A stretch of DNA of 59,893 nucleotides, filler included. It is 4 parts of 4 records of this genome, joined end to end, with 100 filler letters (N's around TTAATTAATTAA, not from the genome) between each part and the next. Parts side by side here need not be neighbours in the genome. Positions count along the whole stretch, not along the records: positions 16,077 to 22,380 come from DRR723986_7439; positions 22,481 to 41,193 come from DRR723986_7442; 2 more parts are not named here. One strand, given 5' to 3'. The number at the start of each line of letters is the position of its first letter. The stretch's first letter is position 1. Shown one piece after another: positions 18,932 through 28,129 of this stretch. Below the pieces are notes generated by a model, which was given only the letters and a program-made list of their open reading frames with translations, was not told the DNA's origin and did not search any database. Position numbers and translations under genes: made by a program.

Positions 18932-20487
18932 CGCACCCAGACCTCGACTCGGCGGTTCACCTGACGTCCCCAATCACTGTCGTCACAGGCCATGGGAAGG
19001 GCTTCGCCAAAGGCTTGGACGCTGATCTCAATCCGATCAAGGTTGGCTGTTTCAGCTGCATTCAAAACAGCGTCACGTACCGATTCAGCGCGTTTCTGCG
19101 CAATCTTTGCATTCCCTGCCGCGTTCCCATCCCCATCACTGAAGCCGACGAACATCAGCTGATGCGCATCATAGCGTCCCGCTTCAATAGCTTGGGCCAG
19201 CTGCTGAATATTGGCCCGTGATTGGGCATCAGGGCGGGATGATCCAGCCTCAAATCGAAAAGACGTGGTGAGCCGTGCCAGAGGGCTTAGAACCTCGACA
19301 ACCCTCTGAATCTCTTCAAGTGGCACCTCTTCGCCGGCGGCGGCAATGGCATTTGCAAACCTGTCACCCTGTGCATTGAGGTGGATTAACTCTGGCGTCT
19401 GATCCACAAACCCAGCGCGACGGATCACGACCTGTGCTGCTGGGCTTCGGGTATAGGCCAGGAATTCACGCGCGATTTTCGGCAACCTGCGTTCCGGCAG
19501 ATAAAGGAACATTGGGGAATTCAGCGGGTAATCCTCGGTTTTGATTGTGCGTCGTGTGGCAGACAGGGAAAATCCACAAGATCCGGTCAGCGTAAGGGCG
19601 CGTGCCGTGCCTGTATCCGCGAAACTGGCAATGCCCATTCCAAACGGATCGGTTGAGATCGCCCGGGCCAGGTCACTGCCGCGTTTATGTCGCCGAATGG
19701 TTGGGGACAGTGGTTTCTTTGCGGGCTTTAACAAACGATCTTCGACGGCTTGCGCCAAACCGGACCCGAATGCAGGCAAATGCAAGGAAATCGGCGCATC
19801 AGGACCGCCAAGATCTGCCCAATTCGTAATCTCACCTGCAAACACTTGTGCCAGTTCGGGTGTCGAGATTCGTTGAACCGGATTGCTCGGGGCAACCACT
19901 GGAACCATCGCATCTAATGCCAGAACTCTGCTGCGGTTGGATTTGGTCATATCGCCCATGCCCGCCTCACGCGCGCGTTTCTGTTCTGAGGGCCGGATTT
20001 CGCGCAAGGCCATCACAACATCGGCCTCATTGGCAAGAAGATCAGCAAAGCCTTCGTCGGTGGTCGTCACACGAAATGTAATCGCTGCCAACGGTTGGGT
20101 CCGATTTGGTTGGAACAGCTCATAGACAAAATGCGTCTCATCCAGCGTTTTGCGTTTCGTTCGCAACCTATTCCTAAGGGCGAACCCTTCTATCAAGGCC
20201 GGAACAAGAACCTCTGCCATCGAGGACGATCCAGAAAAGGCAAGTTCCGCAACAAAATCAACAAGGCTGGGGCAGGCGGGGCCTTCGCAGGACACGCCCG
20301 ATCCATCAACCGTGAGTTCGCCATATTTGGTTTCGACGCGATAGAATTCTCCATCGAAGCCCAACAGGTTGCCTTCGATTTCGACCTTGCCATCGCGCGA
20401 GGTCAACATGATGTCCTGTGCCGATGTGGCTTGGACAGATCCGAAAAGAAAGAGTGCGGCTGAAAACGCCGCACGAAGCCAAGCCAT
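18928..20487 (-). CDS. PstS-like periplasmic binding protein / OmpA-domain fusion
   Basis: Signal peptide; PBP-like motifs (FSGSSSM, LALDAMVPVV, VFAGEITNW, EDYPL); C-terminal OmpA motifs GFSD, AQKRAESV and NRRVEV. Confidence 0.85.
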   Translation of the reverse strand: MAWLRAAFSAALFLFGSVQATSAQDIMLTSRDGKVEIEGNLLGFDGEFYRVETKYGELTVDGSGVSCEGPACPSLVDFVAELAFSGSSSMAEVLVPALIEGFALRNRLRTKRKTLDETHFVYELFQPNRTQPLAAITFRVTTTDEGFADLLANEADVVMALREIRPSEQKRAREAGMGDMTKSNRSRVLALDAMVPVVAPSNPVQRISTPELAQVFAGEITNWADLGGPDAPISLHLPAFGSGLAQAVEDRLLKPAKKPLSPTIRRHKRGSDLARAISTDPFGMGIASFADTGTARALTLTGSCGFSLSATRRTIKTEDYPLNSPMFLYLPERRLPKIAREFLAYTRSPAAQVVIRRAGFVDQTPELIHLNAQGDRFANAIAAAGEEVPLEEIQRVVEVLSPLARLTTSFRFEAGSSRPDAQSRANIQQLAQAIEAGRYDAHQLMFVGFSDGDGNAAGNAKIAQKRAESVRDAVLNAAETANLDRIEISVQAFGEALPMACDDSDWGRQVNRRVEVWVR

Positions 20488-20512
20488 GGGAATCCTGAAA
20501 ATAACCTGCGAT

Positions 20513-21514
20513 TTACTTGCTGGCGATTTTCAGGTCTTCGACAAGATTATTCAACACCAGAAAGTCACCTGTAGCCGTGCAATTGGGCATTGACAGCGAC
20601 AGGTCACGGGTCCGGAGGGCCCCGCCTGCGCGCATCTCAAAGGATTGCGCCACAAAATCACGTCCGCAGTTGTAATTGGTGACTTCGGTTTCAATGCTGA
20701 GGGCGACGGTTCCTGAACGGTCCGAGCCTTCTGACGGGTATGTGTAAATTTCAACCAGTTTTGGTGCCAGCGTGTCGCTGATGCCCAGCTGGGTCGATAT
20801 GCCTTGCCCTTGGGTTGTGGCCCCAGCCCAAACATGGCCTGTTTCACCGTAGCCTGCGCCAAATTCACGCGCATGGATTTGAAACCCTGCAGGACCATCC
20901 CATTGAAGGGCGACGCGGTCAAACGCAGCCAGGTCTTTGATGCGTGTCATGGCAACAGCGCCTTGGCCGTTTCCAAAATCGACCACAAATACAGCATTTT
21001 CGCTGAGTGCGGGGATTGTGACCTGTAGCTGACCATCTAAATCTGTGGTTTCGGTAAAGATCAAGCCGCTGTGGTGCACTGTAACGCGTTGGTTGCCATA
21101 ACATGGCGCGTCAACTGACAAATCAACACTCGCCATCGGGGCGACTTTGGCGGTTGTTGTAATTGCGCATCCCAGTTGCGGCACGTCCGGATCAGATGGC
21201 GTGTGTGGCAATAGATCATAGGTCGAGGTCAAAGCCCGACCAACATGATCGTAGTCCAGCGATACATGAGACAGGCGCCGGGGCGCCGGTAGATTTGGCC
21301 GCGCCGAAGTCAGCGTGATGTCCTGCATGTCGAATATGGCATAGTCATCAACATCCGAAACGCCGTGTGGCTCTAGAACCACTTGTTGGACAGCCATCGG
21401 CTTAGGTGACTGAGGGGCACGGTAAATCGGCACTGATTGCTGCATCAAATACCCGATTCCCAAAGCGCAGCACAGGGTGCCGCCCACGGTTAGAATTTTT
21501 AGTTTCGGAATCAT
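20513..21514 (-). CDS. Hypothetical membrane-anchored protein (Cys-containing, beta-rich)
   Basis: ATG at 21514 with a GGAG RBS; one N-terminal hydrophobic anchor; ends 25 bp before the OmpA fusion gene. Confidence 0.7.
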   Translation of the reverse strand: MIPKLKILTVGGTLCCALGIGYLMQQSVPIYRAPQSPKPMAVQQVVLEPHGVSDVDDYAIFDMQDITLTSARPNLPAPRRLSHVSLDYDHVGRALTSTYDLLPHTPSDPDVPQLGCAITTTAKVAPMASVDLSVDAPCYGNQRVTVHHSGLIFTETTDLDGQLQVTIPALSENAVFVVDFGNGQGAVAMTRIKDLAAFDRVALQWDGPAGFQIHAREFGAGYGETGHVWAGATTQGQGISTQLGISDTLAPKLVEIYTYPSEGSDRSGTVALSIETEVTNYNCGRDFVAQSFEMRAGGALRTRDLSLSMPNCTATGDFLVLNNLVEDLKIASK

Positions 21515-21553
21515 TGCACACTCCATGGCCTGTTGGCTCACACAGAGTGTCAT

Positions 21554-21583
21554 AAAAAAAGACGGCCAGTTTGTGGCCGCCTT
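21554..21583 (-). terminator. Rho-independent terminator after secA
   Basis: Minus strand reads AAGGCGGCCA-caaac-TGGCCGTCTTTTTTT: GC stem followed by a U7 tract, about 35 bp past the secA stop. Confidence 0.85.
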
Positions 21584-21617
21584 GGGGAGTCATTTTGTCA
21601 GTGTCGTGGCGCTCGGG

Positions 21618-22380
21618 TTAGGCGAGACGCCCATGACAATGCTTGAACTTGAGACCTGATCCACAGGGGCATTTGTCATTCCGCGAGGGGTTACCCCAAG
21701 TCGAGATGTCATTTTCGTCAAACCCATCAAGCGGCGCCTCAACCGGCTCTGCCTCGGGAGTTGCGGGCGCCTGCATCTGGGCCTGTTGCGCTGCCATTTG
21801 CGCCAACATCTCGCGTTGTTCTTCTTCGCTGAGTGGGCGCACCATGCCCAACTGCTGGCTGACGTTTTCCCGCAGGCTGTCCAGCATGGTTTCAAACAGT
21901 TGGAAGCTTTCGTTTTTGTATTCGTTTAACGGGTCACGCTGCGCATATCCACGGAACCCAACAACTGAACGCAGGTGCTCTAGCGTCAGCAGATGTTCGC
22001 GCCATTTGGTATCGATCGATTGCAGCAGGACCTGCTTTTCGATATTACGCATGTTCTCGGGGCCAAAGGCGACAGCTTTTTTGGCCATCTGCTCGTCGGT
22101 GGCTTTGATCAGGCGTTCGCGAATTTCTTCGTCATCAACGCCCTCTTCAGCAGCCCATTCGATAACCGGGACATCAACGCCCAGCTTTTCGATGACGGCC
22201 GCATACAACCCCTCGGTGTCCCACTGATCCGCATAAGATTTTGGCGGCATGTATTGATCGATCAAGTCGTCAATCACCTGCTCGCGCATATCCGAGACGA
22301 TTTCCGCGAGATCTTCGGCAGCCATAATTTCGCGCCGCTGGTTAAAGATAACCTTACGCTGGTCGTTCATCACGTCATCG
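21618..22380 (-). CDS. secA: Preprotein translocase SecA, C-terminal part (5'-truncated)
   Basis: [30 protein letters not shown] and the SEC-C motif [18 protein letters not shown]. Confidence 0.97.
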
Positions 22381-22480
22381 NNNNNNNNNNNNNNNNNNNN
22401 NNNNNNNNNNNNNNNNNNNNNNNNTTAATTAATTAANNNNNNNNNNNNNNNNNNNNNNNNNNNNNNNNNNNNNNNNNNNN
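22381..22480. other. Artificial contig linker
   Basis: N44-TTAATTAATTAA-N44. Confidence 0.98.
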
Positions 22481-22510
22481 CGACGAGCTACCAGACTGCT
22501 CCACCCCGCA
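22481..22510 (-). tRNA. 5' portion of initiator tRNA-fMet (truncated before the anticodon)
   Basis: Reverse complement TGCGGGGTGGAGCAGTCTGGTAGCTCGTCG matches the acceptor and D arms of proteobacterial tRNA-fMet; the anticodon is not visible. Confidence 0.85.
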
Positions 22511-22540
22511 ATTGACTGGTTGTCTTGTTCTCTAAGACAG

Positions 22541-22620
22541 GTCGCGCATTATAGGGATGGCTTTGGGGGCTTGCAAGCCTTATGTGCGTTTTGTTTCAAA
22601 TTTTTGAAAATACCGATATT
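22541..22620 (-). promoter_or_regulatory. Sigma70 stable-RNA promoter for the tRNA
   Basis: Minus strand: -35 TTGCAA (22576-22571), 17-bp spacer, -10 TATAAT (22553-22548), GC-rich discriminator GCGCGAC and an A/T-rich UP-like tract upstream. Confidence 0.85.
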
Positions 22621-22629
22621 TAAAGCACA

Positions 22630-23397
22630 TTAACCGCTGTGGCGAATGGAGCCATCGACAGGTAGCACGGTGCCGTTGATGAAGGATCCCGCGTCACTCG
22701 CGAGCAAGATGACCGGGCCAACAAGCTCGTCGATATTGCCAAGGCGTTTAGCAGGCATGCGCTGAATATAGGCTTTGCCGGCGTCGGTGGCGAAGAAGTC
22801 TTGGTTCATTTCGGTTAGGAACCAGCCGGGTGCGATGGCGTTTACGCGAATGCCGTGACGCATTAGGTCGAGTGACATTGCCTGAGTGAGGTGGGCGACT
22901 GCTGCTTTTGAGGCGCAGTAAGTGGTTTGGCCACTCTGCGCCATAATCGCTAGTACCGAGGCAATGTTGATAATGCTGCCCTGTAGTCCGGCGGCAACCA
23001 TGCGTGCGGCGCCTTCCTGCGCTACATTCCAAACCCCATTGAAGTTGGTGCCCATAACGAAGTCGCGAGACGCGTCGTCAATTTTAAGAAAGTTCTTCGG
23101 GTCGGCAACACCGGCGTTGTTAATGATGATGTCGGGTGTTCCCAACAGCGCTTCGGCGCGGTCATAGGCGGCATTGACGCTGCTGCGGTCGGCGACGTCC
23201 ATGGCGACTGCATGGGCAACGCCCCCTGCGGCGCGAATTTCTTCCACCAGTGCGTGCAGTTTCTCTTCGCGGCGGGCACAGGCAATGATTTCCGCGCCAG
23301 CCTCGGCCAGCCCTTTGGCGATGCCGTGGCCCAGGCCCGATGAGGCCCCGGTAATAAGTACTCGACGGTTTTGCAGAGAGAAACGTTGCAGGCTCAT
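22630..23397 (-). CDS. Short-chain dehydrogenase/reductase
   Basis: TGASSGLG, NNAG, catalytic YCASK, NAIAPG and VDG. Confidence 0.93.
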   Translation of the reverse strand: MSLQRFSLQNRRVLITGASSGLGHGIAKGLAEAGAEIIACARREEKLHALVEEIRAAGGVAHAVAMDVADRSSVNAAYDRAEALLGTPDIIINNAGVADPKNFLKIDDASRDFVMGTNFNGVWNVAQEGAARMVAAGLQGSIINIASVLAIMAQSGQTTYCASKAAVAHLTQAMSLDLMRHGIRVNAIAPGWFLTEMNQDFFATDAGKAYIQRMPAKRLGNIDELVGPVILLASDAGSFINGTVLPVDGSIRHSG

Positions 23398-23643
23398 TCG
23401 CTTATCCTTCGCTGTTTAGTTATTGAAAGTGTGCCCGATTAAAGCGGCTTTCGGCGCCGATAGGAAGCTCTTTTCATGCCCTGGTGTGTCATTGCACGGC
23501 GGCGATGTCGCGTTAGGACCGTCGTGGCGCGGCTGCGCATCTTTTCAGCAATTGAGGTAGAATTCTGCCCTCAAATAATACCTCTCCCCCGATGGGGCGA
23601 TACTGCTTCGGCGCGACGACGCAGCCGCCGAGGTCTGCGATGA

Positions 23644-24804
23644 GTGAATACGATGGATGAATTTGCCGATATTCGGCCCTACCGCGACAGTGAGGTGCGG
23701 GAGGTGCTGGATCGCCTGTTAGTTGACGATGAATTACTCAACGCCGTTGCTGCGCTGCGCATGCCAAAAGCCAGCCGTTGGTTCCCAAAGTTGCTGAGAC
23801 CGCTGATCAGCGCAATTTTGCGCCGGCAGTTTAAGCGCGTTGTGTCTGTGGCAGATTTTCAGCAGCGGGTGAAAAGCTATATGGATAGCATGATCGCTCG
23901 TTCCACCAGTGCATTCACGGTATCGGGGCTGGAAAACCTCTCGGCAGATAAAGCATACCTGTTTATCAGTAACCATCGAGATATCGCTCTCGACCCCGCA
24001 TTTGTGAACTATGCGCTCCATACCAATGGCATGGACACTGTGCGTATCGCGATTGGCGATAACTTGTTGTCCAAGGCTTTTGCTGCCGATTTGATGCGTA
24101 TTAATAAGAGCTTCATCGTGCAGCGCAGTGCCAAGGGGCCGAGGCAGATGCTGGCCGCATTTAAGAAGCTGTCCAGCTACATTCGCCATTCTCTGCATCA
24201 AGAGCGCTCCTCGATATGGATCGCTCAGCGGGAAGGGCGCGCAAAGGACGGCAACGACGCGACCGAAGTTGCGCTGCTGAAGATGATCGGTATGTCGCAG
24301 CGTAAGGCTGACGAGAGCTATGCCGAATTTATTGCGGCGATGAATATTGTGCCGGTGAGCATCAGCTATGAATGGGACCCGCTGGATGCGGCCAAGGCCC
24401 ATGAGCTGGCGCAGATAGAAATGGACGGCCGTTATGAAAAGGCCGAACACGAGGATCTGAAAAGTATCGCGACAGGAATTGTTGGGCAAAAGGGGCATGT
24501 GCATGTGCATTTCGGCACGCCAATGAGTGGCGACTACAGCGATGCCAGCGAGCTTGCCCAGGCCATCGATGCCCAGATCATTGGTAACTACCGCTTACAC
24601 GGCAGCAACCTGTTGGCCTATATGCGCCTGTTTAACGACGAGCGCTGGCGCTCAGTTACAACCGCCGATGTGCCCGCCGCCGAGGTGGCGCACTTTGACG
24701 AGCACTTCGCCAATATGCCGCCCGACTATCGGCGCAAGGCGCTAGAGATCTATGCGCGACCGCTGATTAACCAATTGGCATTACAAGAGAGCACCTCTGC
24801 GTGA
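23644..24804 (+). CDS. Glycerolipid acyltransferase (PlsC superfamily)
   Basis: FADIRPY N-terminus, HX4D motif NHRDIALD, AIGDNL, QREGRAKDG and ISYEWDP. Confidence 0.85.
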   Translation: MNTMDEFADIRPYRDSEVREVLDRLLVDDELLNAVAALRMPKASRWFPKLLRPLISAILRRQFKRVVSVADFQQRVKSYMDSMIARSTSAFTVSGLENLSADKAYLFISNHRDIALDPAFVNYALHTNGMDTVRIAIGDNLLSKAFAADLMRINKSFIVQRSAKGPRQMLAAFKKLSSYIRHSLHQERSSIWIAQREGRAKDGNDATEVALLKMIGMSQRKADESYAEFIAAMNIVPVSISYEWDPLDAAKAHELAQIEMDGRYEKAEHEDLKSIATGIVGQKGHVHVHFGTPMSGDYSDASELAQAIDAQIIGNYRLHGSNLLAYMRLFNDERWRSVTTADVPAAEVAHFDEHFANMPPDYRRKALEIYARPLINQLALQESTSA

Positions 24805-24822
24805 ATTTGTCGGGAGCCAATA

Positions 24823-26946
24823 GTGCTGAGTGATGCGCTAAAACAGCAGATTCAGGGCGCGTACCGCCAGTTTCTTGATAGCAAATCGCTGCGGCCGCGG
24901 CTCGGGCAGCGCTTAATGATTGCCCATATTGCGCGCGTGCTGGGTGGGATTAAGCGCAATCAAGACCACAAGCGCAGCGGCGGGGACCACCTGTGTGTGG
25001 TGGAAGCTGGCACGGGCACGGGCAAGACCCTGGCCTATGCATTGGCAGCGATACCCATTGCGCGGGAATGTGACAAAACACTGGTGATTGCCACCGCGAC
25101 CGTGGCTCTGCAGGAGCAGATTCTGCAGCGTGACTTGCCCGATATTCTGCAGCACAGCGGCCTGTCTTTTACCTTGAGTTTGTCCAAAGGGCGCCGCCGT
25201 TATTTGTGCCTCTCTAAACTTGACCAGATTCTCAGTGGTGGCGATGCCGCAACCCTACCGCTTTATCCTGATGAGCGCAGCGCCGCACCGGACAACAGCG
25301 CGTTGGCGCTGTATACGCGTTTTGCCGATACCTTGGCGAGTGGCCAGTGGGACGGTGATCGCGATAACTGGGACAGCGTCTTGCCGGAGGAGCAGTGGCA
25401 GCGGGTCACTACCGACCACGCGCAGTGCAGCGGTCGGCGTTGTAGTCATGTGAAGCAGTGCAGCTTCTTTAAAGCGCGGGAGTCGATGGCTCAAGCCGAG
25501 GTGGTTGTGGCAAACCACGACCTCGTGCTGGCCGACTTAGCATTGGGTGGCGGCGCAATACTGCCGCCGCCGGAAGAGTGCATTTATATTTTCGACGAGG
25601 CCCATCACCTTCCCGATAAGGTGATCAATCATTTCAGTGCGAACTTTCGCCTCGGCGCCAGTGAGCGATGGCTGGAACAAGCGGAGCGCAGTATTGCGCC
25701 TATTCTGGCCATACCGGCCATGCAAAAGTCACTCAGGGGCCAGTTTGACTCCTTATTGAACCTGCTCGTTGCCGCGCGAGAGGCGCTGAATCCGCTCAGG
25801 CCGATATTGGTGGAATTGCTAGAGGGGGCCGTTGAGCGGCAGGGTAATAAGCAGCTGCGCTTTGAAGAGGGCAGGGTGCCCGAGCGACTGGCTGAGCGAG
25901 CGCGCGAGTTGCGCGTTGCCTTTGCTGCACTGGTGCAGCATTGCGAGGCCATGAGCGACACCCTCCAGGACGGTTTGGATAAGGGCACATTAGAGCAGCG
26001 CCGCGATGAGTTGGAACAGTGGTTGGGCGATGTGTCGGCGATGCGCTTTCGCTGCCAGAATATGCTGGCCCTGTGGCAGTCCTACGCCAGCGATAGCCGC
26101 ATGGAAAAGCCGCCTATCGCCCGCTGGCTGACGCTGGTTGATGCCGGTCAGGGGCTCAGGGATATGGAGCTCAACAGCAGCCCTATTTTGGCGGCAAAAA
26201 CCCTTCAGTCGTCACTGTGGTCGCGCTGTTATGGCGCGGTATTAACATCGGCTACGCTTACGGCGCTCGGCAGTTTTAAGCGCTTTAGTATGCGCGCTGG
26301 TTTATACGAAGACGCCAGCTTTGAGGTGGTACCCAGCCCTTTCAATCACGCCGATGCGGGGCAATTGCATGTGCCTGCGATGAACTGTGATGCCGGCGAT
26401 GCTCAGGCGCATACCGACGCATTAATTGAGATGTTGCCACAGCTGCTGGACAAGGCGGCGGGAAGCCTGGTGTTGTTCGCATCGCGAAAACAGCTGAACG
26501 CGGTCTATGAGGGAGTGCCTTTGTCGCTGCGCAGCTTGATACTGGCGCAGGGAGAATTGCCGAAACATGACATTCTGCGGCAGCATCGCGAGCGTCTGGA
26601 TGCCGGAAAGGGCAGCGTTATTTTTGGTTTAGCCAGTTTCGCAGAAGGGGTCGATTTGCCGGGTAAATACTGCTCGCACGTGGTGATCGCGAAAATCCCC
26701 TTTGCCGTGCCGGAGGACCCAGTAGAAGAGGCGCTGGCAGAGTGGATAAGCGCCAATAACGGCAACCCCTTTATGGAAATTACCGTGCCGGATGCGGCGG
26801 TTCGCCTTATTCAGGCTAGTGGGCGCTTGCTGCGCAGTGAGTCTGATCGGGGGAAAATCAGTATTCTGGACCGGCGTATAGTCACCCGTCAGTACGGCCG
26901 CAAAATGCTCGACTCAATGCCGCCCTACCAACAAGTAATAGAGTAA
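24823..26946 (+). CDS. dinG: ATP-dependent DNA helicase DinG
   Basis: EAGTGTGKT, Fe-S cysteines (YLCL ... CSGRRC ... QC), DEAHH, TSATL, EGVDLPG and QASGRLLR. Confidence 0.95.
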   Translation: MLSDALKQQIQGAYRQFLDSKSLRPRLGQRLMIAHIARVLGGIKRNQDHKRSGGDHLCVVEAGTGTGKTLAYALAAIPIARECDKTLVIATATVALQEQILQRDLPDILQHSGLSFTLSLSKGRRRYLCLSKLDQILSGGDAATLPLYPDERSAAPDNSALALYTRFADTLASGQWDGDRDNWDSVLPEEQWQRVTTDHAQCSGRRCSHVKQCSFFKARESMAQAEVVVANHDLVLADLALGGGAILPPPEECIYIFDEAHHLPDKVINHFSANFRLGASERWLEQAERSIAPILAIPAMQKSLRGQFDSLLNLLVAAREALNPLRPILVELLEGAVERQGNKQLRFEEGRVPERLAERARELRVAFAALVQHCEAMSDTLQDGLDKGTLEQRRDELEQWLGDVSAMRFRCQNMLALWQSYASDSRMEKPPIARWLTLVDAGQGLRDMELNSSPILAAKTLQSSLWSRCYGAVLTSATLTALGSFKRFSMRAGLYEDASFEVVPSPFNHADAGQLHVPAMNCDAGDAQAHTDALIEMLPQLLDKAAGSLVLFASRKQLNAVYEGVPLSLRSLILAQGELPKHDILRQHRERLDAGKGSVIFGLASFAEGVDLPGKYCSHVVIAKIPFAVPEDPVEEALAEWISANNGNPFMEITVPDAAVRLIQASGRLLRSESDRGKISILDRRIVTRQYGRKMLDSMPPYQQVIE

Positions 26947-26950
26947 AGCT

Positions 26951-27292
26951 GTGAGTGTGTATTATCGCGTGTCCGCAACGCTGATTGATATTGAAGCTGA
27001 GCTGCGTCGCATCGGGCACTGGGAAAGCCAACGGCCGCCCGAGCAGGCACTGCGCAGCGAGCAACCCTTTGCCGTGGATACCTTGTCGTTCAACCAGTGG
27101 TTGCAGTTTATCTTTATTCCGCGAATGCGCTTTCTTGCTGAGCAGAAGCAGAGCCTGCCGGGGGCGTGTAATATTTCGCCAATGGCGGAGGAGTTTTATC
27201 GAGGGCAGAATCTGCCCGTGGCGGAGTTGCTGGCTGCGCTGCGACATATCGACAGCTTATTAAGTGATGGCGGCGACGCGCCGACGCGATAA
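26951..27292 (+). CDS. yqcC: YqcC family protein
   Basis: SEQPFAVDTLSFNQWLQFIFIPRM and ISPMAEE motifs. Confidence 0.88.
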   Translation: MSVYYRVSATLIDIEAELRRIGHWESQRPPEQALRSEQPFAVDTLSFNQWLQFIFIPRMRFLAEQKQSLPGACNISPMAEEFYRGQNLPVAELLAALRHIDSLLSDGGDAPTR

Positions 27293-27325
27293 CTCATCGC
27301 TCCGGCGCTCAGAGGAAGGGGCTGC

Positions 27326-27956
27326 TTAGCTTGCGCTGCTGTTGTCTTCGGCGGCCATTACCATGCGCACCAAATGGGCCAGTGAGCGCACGCCCATTTT
27401 TTCCATCACCCGGGCGCGGTGAATTTCCACGGTGCGTTGGCTGATATCCAGGTCATAGGCAATTACCTTATTGGCCTTGCCTTCAATCATCAGCTCCATA
27501 ACCTGTTTCTCGCGGGGGGTTAGCTCGGCGAGACGCTCAATAATCTTGTGCTTTTCTTCCAGGTCGGCGCGGTTTTCAGCGTCCGCGGCGATCGCCTGTT
27601 GAATCTTGCCCAGTAGCTCTTCCTCTCGGTAGGGCTTCTGCACGAAGTCAACAGCGCCGCGCGCCGCGCTGCATGGCTTCAACGGCCATCGGAACATCGC
27701 CGTGGCCGGTAACGAAGATAATCGGCAAAATGGAGTTTCGCATGTTCAGCTGGCGTTGAAGCTCCATGCCGTTCATGCCGGGCATACGGATGTCCAGTAC
27801 CATACAGCCGGCCATATCGGTGGAGAAATCCTCTAAAAAGGCATCTGCGCGAGAGTACGCGGCAACGTGGTAGCCTACCGATTCCAAGACCATTTGCAGT
27901 GAGTCGCGAACGGCGTCATCGTCTTCAACCAAGTAGACAGTTGCTTCTTTTGTCAT
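27326..27956 (-). pseudogene. FixJ-type response regulator (REC + LuxR HTH) split by a 7-bp duplication
   Basis: N-half (VEDD, LDIRMP, TGHGDVPMAVEAMQRGA) and C-half (GAVDFVQKP, LTPRE, ANKVIA, TVEIHRARVMEK) lie in different frames. GCGCCGC is tandemly duplicated at 27654-27667; removing one copy gives an intact 207-aa protein. Confidence 0.88.
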
Positions 27957-28129
27957 TATCCCGTCCTTGCTTTGTCAGGCGTCTTTCGCCCAGATTAGCC
28001 GAAATCTATGGGGTTTTGCCAGCTTCATGCAGAAATTCCTCACTGCGATACTGGCGAAGCGCGATCTGAGCCGATAAGCTTCTGGTTTATATGCCTTCGG
28101 GCCACCAATATGAAGAAGAAAGGGTGCGC

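Noticed and set aside
27648-27697. Programmed ribosomal frameshift in the FixJ-like gene
   Set aside because: No slippery heptamer; an exact 7-bp duplication fully explains the shift.
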